Below, piece by piece: positions 9,835 to 19,311 of a DNA stretch of 64,000 nucleotides (the first letter of the stretch is position 1; each line of letters starts with the position of its first letter). The DNA is from Candidatus Albibeggiatoa sp. nov. NOAA (GTDB lineage: Bacteria > Pseudomonadota > Gammaproteobacteria > Beggiatoales > Beggiatoaceae). Where the stretch lies: assembly GCF_025800385.1 (NCBI RefSeq), contig NZ_JAOXRS010000223.1; one strand, written 5' to 3'. Both the position numbers and the translations under genes were made by a program. The notes beneath the pieces were generated by a model. The model was not told the origin of the DNA. It saw only the letters and a program-made list of their open reading frames with translations, and searched no databases.

Positions 9835-12800
9835 TTATGTTGAGCTCATATCTGTATCATTCATTAAACCCAGCTGGCAGCGTTCCAAATACACTTTAGC
9901 TACATGGTCATCACGATTTTGGGTTAATACTTCCTCAAAGTGATTGCAAGCCAGTGTGAGTTCTTGCTCATGGTAAAACTTCAAGCCCAACTCAAATGCA
10001 CTGAATGTTTTTTGCTTGAGATGCAACACATGATATTCATCTGCATCAAATATTTCATACACCGTAACCGCTTCAGATTTCCCTTTGACTCGCACTCGAT
10101 CAATCATACGAATTTTATATTGTGAAGGGTCACTGAGTTTTTGATAAGTATGTTCCGTAATCAGCAATGACGTGCCATAGATTTTGGTTAAACCTTCAAT
10201 CCGTGAGGCAAGATTCACCGCATCAGAAATCACCGTCCCATCCATGCGACTACGACCACCGACTGTACCCAGCATCAGTTTACCTGTATGAATCCCAACC
10301 CCAATCCGAATCACGGGACGACCGGGGCGACCTCGAGTTTTATTATATTCATTCAAAGTCATCAACATATCAATTGCCGCTTGCACCGCATCATCTGCAT
10401 TGGTTGGAAACAGTGCCATAATCGCATCACCAATATATTTATCGATAAAACCGTTGTAATCTAAAATATTCGGTTCCATTCGACTGAGAAAGGCATTGAT
10501 AAAATCAAAATTTTCTTGCGGCGGCATTTGCTCTGAAATGGTTGTAAAATCACGAATATCCGAAAACAAAATACTCATTTCTTTTTCAACTTGATCGCCT
10601 AAACCCACATCCATCACACTTTGTTTATCTAGCAAACTGAGGAATTCACGGGGCACAAATCGTTCATAAGCCTGATTAAGCAAGCTCATATTGGTATATA
10701 AATGGGCATTCTCAATTGAAATCGTAATTTGAGAGGACAGTAAATTTAACAACTCTAAACGTTGTGGGGTAAAGGTATGCGCCATCAATTGATTTTCTAA
10801 ATATAAAATACCGACCAACTTACCTTGGTGCAGTAGAGGAGTGCATAAAATCGATTGACTTTTGTGCTGCATAACATAAGCGTCTCGGGTGAATTGCCCT
10901 TCTTCCAATGCATTATGCAATACAATACTTTCTTTCATTCGCGCCACAAAATTAATTAAGGTCTTTGGTAATTTTGCCTGATTCAACGGTTGAGACTGTA
11001 AAACCTTGACTGCATTTTTATGGATTTCATTTTCTGCTTCAACAACCAGTTGCCCGTCTTGATTCAGCAATAATACGCCACGTTCTGCCCCCGCATTTTC
11101 AACCACGATTTTCATTAAATTTTCTAACAAACTATCCAGTACAATTTCACCTGCAATCGCTTGAGAGGCTTTTAACACACTGTCTAAATCTAAATTAATA
11201 GTAGAGCCTTCACCTGAATGCAAGGTTGCATGAACAGTCGTTGTGGTACTCACAGTGTCTGATTTATTGTGTTGTGGTGCTGTAGGTTGATGAATCAATG
11301 GTAAATACTGCGCTTCTAAATCCTGCACTTTTGCAGTCACACCCCATTTTTGATACATATAATGTGCTTCACGTAAGTAAACTTGGGCAATTTTCTGCTG
11401 ACTTTGGTCGAGAAAAAATAAACCAGCCAACTCATTGGCTAAAGCCACTTCATGCGGATAATTATTGTCTTGCGCTAAATGAATCGCTTCATTGTAATAC
11501 GTCATAGCCTTGGCAGCATGGCCTTTTAAACGGTGTCGTTCTGCTTCCACTAAGTAATATTTATGCAGATGGTTCATTGGTGCATGTTTTTTCCATTTAT
11601 TCAATTTTTGCTGGTTCTGCCAAACTTGCAATAATAAATGGGCTTTTTTTGATTTAGAAGCACGTTCTGCAATCGCTACTTTAATCAAAGAATCATAAAA
11701 ATAGAAAATTGGCTCATACAACATAGCACTGATGCCACCGAGGTAAGCTTTTGCTTCAGCTGCATTTTGTACTGCACCTGCTAAATCTCGAAATAAGTAG
11801 CACAACACCATTTTATGCAAATAAATCCAGCACACTGCACTTCTATCATTGGCGTTGATTAAGTTAGATAGCGACTCTTCTTCATTATAAGCTTTACCCA
11901 CTAATGTATAGAGTTTGTCGCTTTGCCCCATTAGGTTTAACACCATTTGACGGAAGATTTTAATTCTATGTAAAACAGTATGTTGGCCTAATTGTCGAAC
12001 CACATCTTCATATGAGCGCATTTCCTGCTCTAAATTATTCAGCTCTAAACCTAAAGCAAGAGAATGGCTGCAATGAATAAAAATAGAGCGACTAGCAAAC
12101 TCCAAGTCGGCAGTTTCCAAACCATTTTGATAAGCCTGAGATAAGGGCTTAAGAGTCTGTTTTAAATGCTTTTTACTGTGTGCGATAAATGTATGAAATG
12201 AAAATAAAGTTTGCGCTTTAAAATGCGGGTATTTATTCAACAAATCTAAAGCCAACTGTCCAAAACGATAGCCATCTTCAATATCCTGTATTGAACCACA
12301 TAAAAACTGGCCATAAGTGACATAAGCAATCGGGGCTTCTTGGGTCACACCATAACGTACTGATAACAACATCATACGCATAGCAAGTAGTGGCATCAGT
12401 TCAGGATTAGCAGAGTAAGAAGCAACGGTAATTCTGGCCATGATTCGCATTGCAGCCAATTTATTTTTATCCGTCATTGGCGGGCGATTGACCAAGCTTT
12501 CAATGGTTTTATCTCGCACTGCCCAACGTGTGGTTAAATAATCTTTAGTTAAATGCCATGATTTAGGCTTTTTAGGGAATTTTTCACCTAATTCAGCTAA
12601 AACGTCTAAACCAAGATTGATCGCAGCAAGTGAGTCATCACGGGCAGTATCCGCTAAAATTTTAATTTCATAAGTTTTAATTTTATCTAATAAATGATGG
12701 GCTTGCTCAAATACAACCTGTGACAACTCATCCACTTCATCCAAATGATTACTCAAATAAGCGGCATCAATGGCTTGCTCATAAATATTCAAAGCCAGCT

Positions 12801-15183
12801 CGTAATGTGAATGCCACCGCTCTTGGGTTAATAGTTGAATTGCAATATAAAAATAATCAAATGCTGATACATAAGCCGTTGCATCTTTAGCTTTTTTACC
12901 CGCTTTATAGTTTAATTCTGCTAAATACACTTGACTAGCAAAAATATCCATGTCAAACAAAGGTAACATGGGATAATAATCTTTAGGATCAATGCCAATA
13001 TTTAACTGGTCAACAATGGTAAATACATATTGTTCACGTTGTTCAGGACTGATATTCTCAAGTAATAACTGTCCCACTTGCCAATGGGTAATCTGTTTAA
13101 AATCAGGCTCAATCAATAAGTAAACTGCTTGTTGCACACGATCATGCACAAAGGCATATTCAGACAAGCTAACATCATCGCTATGCAAGGTTTGGATTAA
13201 AATCCCTTCTTGAATTGCCAAATTGATTTGCAATAATAAATGTTCAAATTCATCTTCACACACTAACGCCAATGTTTGAAGTTGGAATTGATTACCAATG
13301 CAAGCCGCTCGCTGTAAAATCTCTTGTAACTCACTGGGTAATTGCTTGAGTTTTTTGGTTAAAATCGCGACCACATTTTCAGTGATTTCGCACTCAGCAA
13401 TTTTATCGGTATCCCATCGCCATTCAAAATACTGCCAATCAAAATCAAGTAAATTCTCACTATACAAGGATTTTAAAAACTCATTCATAAAGAATGGATT
13501 ACCTTGGGTTTTTTGCATTACCAATGCGGCGAGAGAATAGGTTTTTTCCAATGCGGCATTCAGAGAATCAGATACAAAGTAATTCACATCTTGCAGGCTG
13601 AGCGTATCTAAATTGATATTTTTAACCACAGACCCTTGTTGTTCAATATCGTTGAGACAAAGCATCAGTGGGTGCGCGGGACTGACTTCATTTTCTCGAT
13701 ACGCACCAATCAGGAATAAATACTCACTGTCGTGCATAATCATGCTGACCCAGTCTAAACTGGCTGAATCTGCCCAATGTAAGTCATCTAAAAAAACCGC
13801 TAATGGGTGTTCGGGCTGGCAAAAGACATATACAAATTGCTTAAATAATTGGTGAAAGCGGGCTTGAGTTTCATTAACATTGAGACTTTCAACAGCAGGC
13901 TGTTCACCCATAATCAATTTTAATTCAGGAATGACATCAATAATCACTTGAGCTTGAAAGTCCAGCGCACCCCCTAATTTCATTCGCCATCTTGCTAAAC
14001 TGTCTTCTGATTCTGTGAGTAGTTGTTGAATCAAATTGCGGAAAGCAGCCACAATTGCTGAATAAGGTGTATTACGTTGAAATTGGTCGAATTTTCCTGA
14101 AACAAAATAGCCACGCTTGGCGGTAATAGGTTTGTATAACTCTTGTACTAAAGCTGATTTACCCACACCTGCATAGCCTGTCACTAACATAATTTGGCTT
14201 TCACCAAGTGACGCATTATCAAACGCTGTAAGCAATGACTGAATTTCTTGATCTCGACCGTATAATTTTTGCGGTAATTGCAAACGATAAGAAATGTCTT
14301 GCTGGGCAATTTTAAAGCTAGGGTCAATTTCGCTATGTCGTTCTAGCTCTTGTTTACAATATTCTAAATCGGTTTTAATTCCCCACGCGCTTTGGTAGCG
14401 ATTTTCTGCCATTTTTTCCATCATCTTCATCACAATGTCGGAAACAGCTTGTGGAATATTGGCGTTTAATTGATTGGGTGGCGTAGGATATTTGGCCAAA
14501 TGACTGTGAATCAGCTCAATCGCGTCCTCGGTGTCAAACGGTAGACGATGTGTTAGTAATTCGTAAAAAGTAACACCTAAAGCATAAAAATCGGTGCGAT
14601 AATCCAATGTGCGATTCATGCGCCCTGTTTGTTCAGGCGATAAATAAGCCAGCGTGCCTTCCAATTGATTTTGATTTTTTAAGCTGGGGTTTTCTCGGGG
14701 TAATAAACTCGAAATCCCAAAGTCAATAATACTTAATTTTTTCGTCTCAGGGTTGTATAAAATATTGTGTGGATTCAAATCTTTATGAATCACATTGGCT
14801 GCGTGAACTTCTGCTAAAATCTGACAAATCTTAATTGCTAAATCTAAAAAGCTAATAATGCCATCCACGCCTTTTTTATTTAAAGCAGGCGTAAGCATCA
14901 ATTTTTTCAGGGTTTGCCCTTCTGATACCTCAAATATGGTAATGATATTATTTTGCTGCACTTGTTGTTCATAAGCTTTGACCACACCTGCGATTTCTTG
15001 CAAATGACATAGAATTTTATATTCTTGCTTATAATGTGCAATTTTTTCAGCGGAGGGGTAATCCTCTTGCAGGGCTTTTAAGATAACAGCTTGATTATCA
15101 GAAATGCGCGTGGCTCGGTAAATAACAGAGCTTGCACTTTCATATATTTGTTCAGCAATGCGGTAATTAGGTAGGTTAATCAT
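9835..15183 (-). CDS. Multidomain signalling protein: Ser/Thr kinase - STAND/AAA_16 P-loop NTPase - TPR-like array - GAF - class III adenylate cyclase - C-terminal TPR-like
   Basis: Single 1782-aa ORF. The kinase, P-loop, GAF and cyclase motifs are listed in the sub-features below. Confidence 0.9.
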   Translation of the reverse strand: MINLPNYRIAEQIYESASSVIYRATRISDNQAVILKALQEDYPSAEKIAHYKQEYKILCHLQEIAGVVKAYEQQVQQNNIITIFEVSEGQTLKKLMLTPALNKKGVDGIISFLDLAIKICQILAEVHAANVIHKDLNPHNILYNPETKKLSIIDFGISSLLPRENPSLKNQNQLEGTLAYLSPEQTGRMNRTLDYRTDFYALGVTFYELLTHRLPFDTEDAIELIHSHLAKYPTPPNQLNANIPQAVSDIVMKMMEKMAENRYQSAWGIKTDLEYCKQELERHSEIDPSFKIAQQDISYRLQLPQKLYGRDQEIQSLLTAFDNASLGESQIMLVTGYAGVGKSALVQELYKPITAKRGYFVSGKFDQFQRNTPYSAIVAAFRNLIQQLLTESEDSLARWRMKLGGALDFQAQVIIDVIPELKLIMGEQPAVESLNVNETQARFHQLFKQFVYVFCQPEHPLAVFLDDLHWADSASLDWVSMIMHDSEYLFLIGAYRENEVSPAHPLMLCLNDIEQQGSVVKNINLDTLSLQDVNYFVSDSLNAALEKTYSLAALVMQKTQGNPFFMNEFLKSLYSENLLDFDWQYFEWRWDTDKIAECEITENVVAILTKKLKQLPSELQEILQRAACIGNQFQLQTLALVCEDEFEHLLLQINLAIQEGILIQTLHSDDVSLSEYAFVHDRVQQAVYLLIEPDFKQITHWQVGQLLLENISPEQREQYVFTIVDQLNIGIDPKDYYPMLPLFDMDIFASQVYLAELNYKAGKKAKDATAYVSAFDYFYIAIQLLTQERWHSHYELALNIYEQAIDAAYLSNHLDEVDELSQVVFEQAHHLLDKIKTYEIKILADTARDDSLAAINLGLDVLAELGEKFPKKPKSWHLTKDYLTTRWAVRDKTIESLVNRPPMTDKNKLAAMRIMARITVASYSANPELMPLLAMRMMLLSVRYGVTQEAPIAYVTYGQFLCGSIQDIEDGYRFGQLALDLLNKYPHFKAQTLFSFHTFIAHSKKHLKQTLKPLSQAYQNGLETADLEFASRSIFIHCSHSLALGLELNNLEQEMRSYEDVVRQLGQHTVLHRIKIFRQMVLNLMGQSDKLYTLVGKAYNEEESLSNLINANDRSAVCWIYLHKMVLCYLFRDLAGAVQNAAEAKAYLGGISAMLYEPIFYFYDSLIKVAIAERASKSKKAHLLLQVWQNQQKLNKWKKHAPMNHLHKYYLVEAERHRLKGHAAKAMTYYNEAIHLAQDNNYPHEVALANELAGLFFLDQSQQKIAQVYLREAHYMYQKWGVTAKVQDLEAQYLPLIHQPTAPQHNKSDTVSTTTTVHATLHSGEGSTINLDLDSVLKASQAIAGEIVLDSLLENLMKIVVENAGAERGVLLLNQDGQLVVEAENEIHKNAVKVLQSQPLNQAKLPKTLINFVARMKESIVLHNALEEGQFTRDAYVMQHKSQSILCTPLLHQGKLVGILYLENQLMAHTFTPQRLELLNLLSSQITISIENAHLYTNMSLLNQAYERFVPREFLSLLDKQSVMDVGLGDQVEKEMSILFSDIRDFTTISEQMPPQENFDFINAFLSRMEPNILDYNGFIDKYIGDAIMALFPTNADDAVQAAIDMLMTLNEYNKTRGRPGRPVIRIGVGIHTGKLMLGTVGGRSRMDGTVISDAVNLASRIEGLTKIYGTSLLITEHTYQKLSDPSQYKIRMIDRVRVKGKSEAVTVYEIFDADEYHVLHLKQKTFSAFELGLKFYHEQELTLACNHFEEVLTQNRDDHVAKVYLERCQLGLMNDTDMSST
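10020..10580 (-). other. Class III nucleotidyl cyclase catalytic domain (predicted ATP-specific)
   Basis: MSILFSDIRDFTTISE (first metal Asp), FIDKYIGDAIMALF (second metal Asp, with Lys 4 residues before the GD), GTVGGRSRMDGTVISDAVNLASRIE (Asp at the purine-specifying position). The Lys/Asp pair indicates adenylate rather than guanylate cyclase. Confidence 0.8.
10700..11190 (-). other. GAF domain
   Basis: LDSVLKASQAIAGEIVLDSLLENLMKIVVENAGAERGVLLL...GKLVGILYLENQ...FTPQRLELLNLLSSQITISIENAHLY, a typical GAF pattern. Confidence 0.75.
13684..14271 (-). other. STAND/AAA_16-type P-loop NTPase domain
   Basis: LYGRDQEIQSLL...VTGYAGVGKS Walker A, followed by hhhhDDLHWAD Walker B-like block (VFLDDLHWADSAS), as in MalT/LuxR-type and kinase-associated AAA_16 modules. 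Confidence 0.75.
14359..15165 (-). other. Ser/Thr protein kinase domain of the 1782-aa protein
   Basis: VILK (VAIK lysine), HKDLNPHN (catalytic loop), DFG, GTLAYLSPE (APE-like). All catalytic positions appear intact. Confidence 0.85.
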
Positions 15184-15570
15184 TGGGTTGTTGTAAGCTG
15201 TTTAGTGGGTTCTTACTTAGGAAGTTTGTATTAAACCGTCACACCCTATAAGCAAGAATTGACCATTTGTCACTATTATTATAAACGATTACAACAAAAG
15301 GGATTAAATTATTATGCCAAATTGTCCATTCTAAAGAGTTGCAAAATAACTGACTAAATTAGTATTTTTTAGATTTATTCATACTTATCTGTTAAAGCTT
15401 TCCCATTCGCCCTATGACTTGGCTATTCATTGCTGTTCTGACCTTCCAAATATTTTTTACAGTAACATCCCATTTCATAATAGCTTGAGTTCTTAACGAG
15501 TAATCTCAAATCATATTAGAATTGATAATTATATTTTGTTCATTGATAATTGGGCAAAGGGGGTGTTGCT

Positions 15571-16023
15571 ATGTTGGAAGAGTTAGGGGTAGTTGTTAAG
15601 GCTACAGAACAATATGCTTGGGTAAAAACGCAGCGTAAAGCCAGTTGTGGACATTGTGAATCAAAATCTAGTTGTGGCACTGCAAGCTTGGCTCAAGTCT
15701 TAGGACAGAAATATACTGAAGTCCGAGTTGAAAACAACCTAGCAGTCAAAGAAGGAGACACCGTCATTATTGGGTTAGCTGAACAAGCTTTAGTCACAAC
15801 TTCATTAACTGCCTACTTAATTCCACTCATCACCTTATTTCTAACTGCCGTTAGTTATGAGTCTATCGCTCCCTTTATTGGGTTACCTACAACAGAGATT
15901 TTTACCATATTGGCAGGATTTGCAGGCCTTGGGTTGGGTTTCATTGTCGTGAAATATTTATCAAATTACCTTTCGCTACATGCTCAATACCAGCCTGTAT
16001 TATTACGTATCCAAATGAGGTAA
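15571..16023 (+). CDS. rseC: RseC/MucC (SoxR-reducing system) family protein
   Basis: N-terminal CGHCESKSSCG cysteine motif, then two TM helices, about 150 aa. The ATG at 15571 is preceded by aaggggg. The ORF-track start at 15550 is a TTG extension. Confidence 0.75.
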   Translation: MLEELGVVVKATEQYAWVKTQRKASCGHCESKSSCGTASLAQVLGQKYTEVRVENNLAVKEGDTVIIGLAEQALVTTSLTAYLIPLITLFLTAVSYESIAPFIGLPTTEIFTILAGFAGLGLGFIVVKYLSNYLSLHAQYQPVLLRIQMR

Positions 16024-16028
16024 TAATT

Positions 16029-16589
16029 ATGTCTACACAATTCCTACAGCTTAAAATTAGTTTAAAAGGGGCAAAACCCCCTATTTGGCGACGGGTTGTT
16101 GTACCAGATGCATTAACATTATTTGAATTACATCAAGTGGTCATTGCTTCGATGGGCTGGGGTGGACATCACTTACACCAATTTGAAAGTGGTGGTGTAT
16201 TTTATGGTAACCCTGAAGACGATTTATTTGGGGATGGTGATATCAAAGAAGAGAAACAATATACCTTATCAGAACTACTTACTCAGGAAAAAGATAAAAT
16301 CAACTATCAATATGATTTTGGGGATAGTTGGGAACATCAAATTATATTAGAAAAAATTTTACCGACAGTTGAGCAGCATCCTGTCTGTATAAAAGGCAAG
16401 CGTGCTTGTCCACCTGATGATGTAGGAGGTATTTGGGGCTATGGTGAATTTTTAGATATTTTAGCCCACCCAGAACATGCCGATTATAATGATACATTAG
16501 ACTGGATAGGTGGTGACTTTAATTCAGAACTATTTGATTTGAATAAAGCCAACGAGGCACTAGCACAATTACAATTTTTCAAAGCTTGA
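16029..16589 (+). CDS. Plasmid pRiA4b ORF-3-like family protein
   Basis: LQLKISLKGAKPPIWRRVVVP, LHQVV..MGW..HHLHQF, YDFGDSWEH and ACPPDDVGGIWGY are the hallmark blocks of the pRiA4b ORF-3 family. Confidence 0.75.
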   Translation: MSTQFLQLKISLKGAKPPIWRRVVVPDALTLFELHQVVIASMGWGGHHLHQFESGGVFYGNPEDDLFGDGDIKEEKQYTLSELLTQEKDKINYQYDFGDSWEHQIILEKILPTVEQHPVCIKGKRACPPDDVGGIWGYGEFLDILAHPEHADYNDTLDWIGGDFNSELFDLNKANEALAQLQFFKA

Positions 16590-16648
16590 ATTTAAGTCAA
16601 ACTAAACGCATGTAGTAAGCCACTCATTACTTATTGTATGGAGATATT

Positions 16649-18049
16649 ATGCAACGATTAAAACAACTTTTATGGATTCCTTTGCTGTTTCTTGCTTTTT
16701 CATCTGTCCAAGCCCGCTCATTGCCTGAGTTTACTGGGCTTGTTGAGCAATATGGACCTGCCGTAGTCAATATTAGTACAACCGCTAAAAAATCAGATAG
16801 TTTAGGTAGTTTAGGCCGAGATATTCCCGATATTCCTGAAGATAGCCCGTTACATGACTTTTTCCGCCGCTTTTTTGATGAAGAAGAGATGCGCAGCCAG
16901 CCTTCAACCTCATTAGGTTCTGGTTTTATCATTAGTTCTGATGGTTATGTAGTAACAAATCATCATGTTATTGATAATGCGAAAGAAATTATTGTTAAAT
17001 TGACAGATAGACGTGAATTAGAAGCAGAAGTCATTGGTAGTGATAAACGTAGTGATTTAGCTTTATTAAAAATTGAGGCAGATGATTTACCTACTGTCCA
17101 ATTAGGCTCATCAGATAAGTTGAAAGTCGGTGAATGGGTGTTAGCAATTGGTTCTCCTTTTGGATTTGACCATTCTGCAACTGCGGGTATCGTGAGTGCG
17201 ACAGGCCGTAGCTTACCAAATGACAACTACATTCCATTTATCCAAACTGACGTAGCAATCAACCCCGGTAATTCAGGTGGCCCTTTATTCAATATGGATG
17301 GTGAAGTGGTTGGCGTAAATGCGCAAATCTATAGCCGCACAGGTGGTTTTATGGGTTTATCGTTTGCGATTCCTGTTGACGTAATGAATAACGTAGTCGA
17401 TCAATTGAAAAATGACGGCAAAGTGGTGCGTGGTTGGTTAGGCGTATTAATCCAAGATGTAACCCGTGATTTAGCCGAATCTTTCAACATGGATAAACCA
17501 CAAGGGGCTTTAGTAGCACAAGTTTTACCTGATAGCCCTGCTGAAGATGCGAAATTCAAATCAGGTGATATTATCACTAAATTTAACAATCAAATTGTTG
17601 AGCGCTCTTCTGATTTACCGCCATTAGTAGGCAGCACAAAAGTGAATCACACGGTGAGTGTTGAAATCATTCGTAAAGGTAAAAAGAAAATGTTACGAGT
17701 GAAAATTGGTGAATTGCCTAGCGAAGACGAATTAGAAAATACGTCTAACCGTGGTAGTAAATCATTTAATAGCGAAGAGATTGGCTTAAGTATTAAAGAT
17801 TTAGATGATGAGCAGAAAGAAGAAATGAGCATCACCAGTGGCGTTTTAGTGAAAAAAGTCCAAAGTGGTGTCGCTTATGATGCAGGTATTCGTACTAATG
17901 ATGTGATTTTAGAAATCAACCACACTAGTATTGATAATGTACGTCACTTTAAACAAGTGATTAACCAATTACCAAAAGGGCGTTCTATTCCTATTTTGGT
18001 ATTACGTCGTGGTTCTCCACGTTTCTTAGCGTTAAAGATTCCTGAATAA
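16649..18049 (+). CDS. degP: Periplasmic serine endoprotease, HtrA/DegP/DegQ/MucD family, two PDZ domains
   Basis: Signal peptide. Catalytic triad context (VTNHHV; DLALLKI; GNSGGPL). Two PDZ-like regions. The ATG at 16649 follows ggaga. The track start at 16634 is a TTG. Confidence 0.9.
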   Translation: MQRLKQLLWIPLLFLAFSSVQARSLPEFTGLVEQYGPAVVNISTTAKKSDSLGSLGRDIPDIPEDSPLHDFFRRFFDEEEMRSQPSTSLGSGFIISSDGYVVTNHHVIDNAKEIIVKLTDRRELEAEVIGSDKRSDLALLKIEADDLPTVQLGSSDKLKVGEWVLAIGSPFGFDHSATAGIVSATGRSLPNDNYIPFIQTDVAINPGNSGGPLFNMDGEVVGVNAQIYSRTGGFMGLSFAIPVDVMNNVVDQLKNDGKVVRGWLGVLIQDVTRDLAESFNMDKPQGALVAQVLPDSPAEDAKFKSGDIITKFNNQIVERSSDLPPLVGSTKVNHTVSVEIIRKGKKKMLRVKIGELPSEDELENTSNRGSKSFNSEEIGLSIKDLDDEQKEEMSITSGVLVKKVQSGVAYDAGIRTNDVILEINHTSIDNVRHFKQVINQLPKGRSIPILVLRRGSPRFLALKIPE

Positions 18050-18297
18050 TGGCTGATAATACGACTTTAACCTTGTACACTCGTCAAGGGTGTCATTTAT
18101 GTGAAGACATGTTAAAATCGCTAGAAAAAATGCAAAAAATCTACGGTTTTTCGTTAAACATTGTAGACATTGATACTGATGAATTCTTGCAGCGACGTTA
18201 CGGGGAATGGGTTCCCGTTTTAATGGCTGGTGAACAAGAGTTATTTCATTATCATCTTGACGAGCAGGTATTAAGGACGTATTTCAAATCAACTTAG
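18049..18297 (+). CDS. Glutaredoxin-like protein (DUF836 family)
   Basis: 82 aa, LTLYTRQGCHLCEDM CxxC motif, WVPVL. Its ATG overlaps the degP stop codon (TAATG), suggesting translational coupling. Confidence 0.7.
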   Translation: MADNTTLTLYTRQGCHLCEDMLKSLEKMQKIYGFSLNIVDIDTDEFLQRRYGEWVPVLMAGEQELFHYHLDEQVLRTYFKST

Positions 18298-18317
18298 CCA
18301 TCTTCAGGAGGTGGAGT

Positions 18318-18764
18318 ATGAAACGCTGGTGTTTGTTATTTGTTCTTGGCATGAGCTATGGCAACATTGCATTAGCAGACTCGCAAACGTATTACACATG
18401 GACAGATGCCGACGGCATTATTCATATTACAGCGACTCCACCACCAACCCCTGATGCGCAGTTAAATAATGTGATGGAGTATCAGCCTCCTGTGCCAACC
18501 AAATCGGCAGAACAACTTGCTTTTGAACGATGGCAACAAGAGCGAGAAAAACGTCTTCAGCTTTTACAAGAGCGCAACCAAGTTCCAAAAACACAGACTG
18601 TAAAAAAATATTATCGTCAAACCCCTAATAATCCATCTTCGCTACTGGAAATTGAAAAAGCGCAGTGTCGAAGTATGTTTTCAGATGCCAGCGATGCCAA
18701 TCAATGTATTCAAAGAATTTATAGCTCTCGTAGCATACGCTCTAATATCACTCGATGGTATTAA
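18318..18764 (+). CDS. DUF4124 domain-containing secreted protein
   Basis: Signal peptide, then YYTWTDADGIIHITATPPP (DUF4124 signature). Strong RBS caggagg. C-terminal CRSMFSD..D.NQCIQR Cys pair. Confidence 0.7.
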   Translation: MKRWCLLFVLGMSYGNIALADSQTYYTWTDADGIIHITATPPPTPDAQLNNVMEYQPPVPTKSAEQLAFERWQQEREKRLQLLQERNQVPKTQTVKKYYRQTPNNPSSLLEIEKAQCRSMFSDASDANQCIQRIYSSRSIRSNITRWY

Positions 18765-18794
18765 TAGCTAAATACAATGATTGAGGTATGCGAT

Positions 18795-19277
18795 ATGAAG
18801 TATTTTTTATTGGCACTTGGTATGGTGCTTAGTGGGCATGTATTGGCTGAACAAACTTATTATACGTGGACAGATGTTGATGGGATTATTCACATTACTA
18901 CGACACCTCCACCACAACAAGCTGAAACACAGCTCCATAATGTGACAGAATATCAAGCCCCCGCGACCAATCATTTCTACAACTACCCACCTGATGTAGG
19001 TATTGTAAGTAGAGGATATGATGAATCCCCCGTGTTATCAAAACCACCTGTTGCACATCAGCAAACGCCAGAGCCTCGTAATAAAACAAAAATAGACCAA
19101 TTGTTTGAGGCAGCAAAACGTGAGAAACAACAGTGTAGAGAAAATTTTAGTGATTCAAATGATGTGAAGCAATGTATTAGTCGAGTAAATTATAGCCTCA
19201 GATTGCGTTTTAGATTGCTGAAAAATAAACAGGATTATCCAATTCATCCAGATATATCAGCCCCATCTCAAGACTAG
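18795..19277 (+). CDS. DUF4124 domain-containing secreted protein (tandem paralogue)
   Basis: Signal peptide MKYFLLALGMVLSGHVLA, YYTWTDVDGIIHITTTPPP, C-terminal CRENFSDSNDVKQCISR. The ATG at 18795 follows gagg. The track start at 18777 is probably an extension. Confidence 0.7.
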   Translation: MKYFLLALGMVLSGHVLAEQTYYTWTDVDGIIHITTTPPPQQAETQLHNVTEYQAPATNHFYNYPPDVGIVSRGYDESPVLSKPPVAHQQTPEPRNKTKIDQLFEAAKREKQQCRENFSDSNDVKQCISRVNYSLRLRFRLLKNKQDYPIHPDISAPSQD

Positions 19278-19311
19278 CCTTTTAATCATATCTGCTTTTT
19301 TAAGTAGTAAT

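Noticed and set aside
10167-15183. Short ORFs inside or antisense to long, well-supported genes. Examples: 285-491, 1352-1597, 1863-2051, 4023-4241, 5879-6109, 6389-6583, 6995-7207, 8204-8392, 9428-9616, 9940-10125, 10167-10421, 11298-11507, 13298-13540, 13613-13855, 16123-16350, 16627-16932, 16963-17226, 17401-17589, 17647-17835, 18898-19116, 19556-19741, 20413-20595, 22991-23176, 26951-27133, 27805-28017, 28735-28941, 29265-29456, 30198-30380, 30857-31081, 31386-31571, 31655-31840, 32373-32555, 32817-33029, 38509-38727, 39227-39551, 41335-41517, 43416-47640 set, 48298-49049 set, 51656-51962 set, 52053-52247, 52556-52762, 53552-53758, 54129-54661, 55687-56064, 56589-56864, 57821-58081, 59553-59810, 60718-60972, 61720-61965, 62232-62725, 62815-63096
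   Set aside because: All are embedded in, or antisense to, genes with clear family-level translations. They have no recognisable motifs and no RBS. They are typical shadow ORFs.
16029-16589. Mobile element call around the pRiA4b ORF-3-like gene
   Set aside because: No transposase, integrase, terminal inverted repeats or direct repeats are visible in the flanks. The gene is packed 5 nt after rseC. I annotated it as a CDS only.
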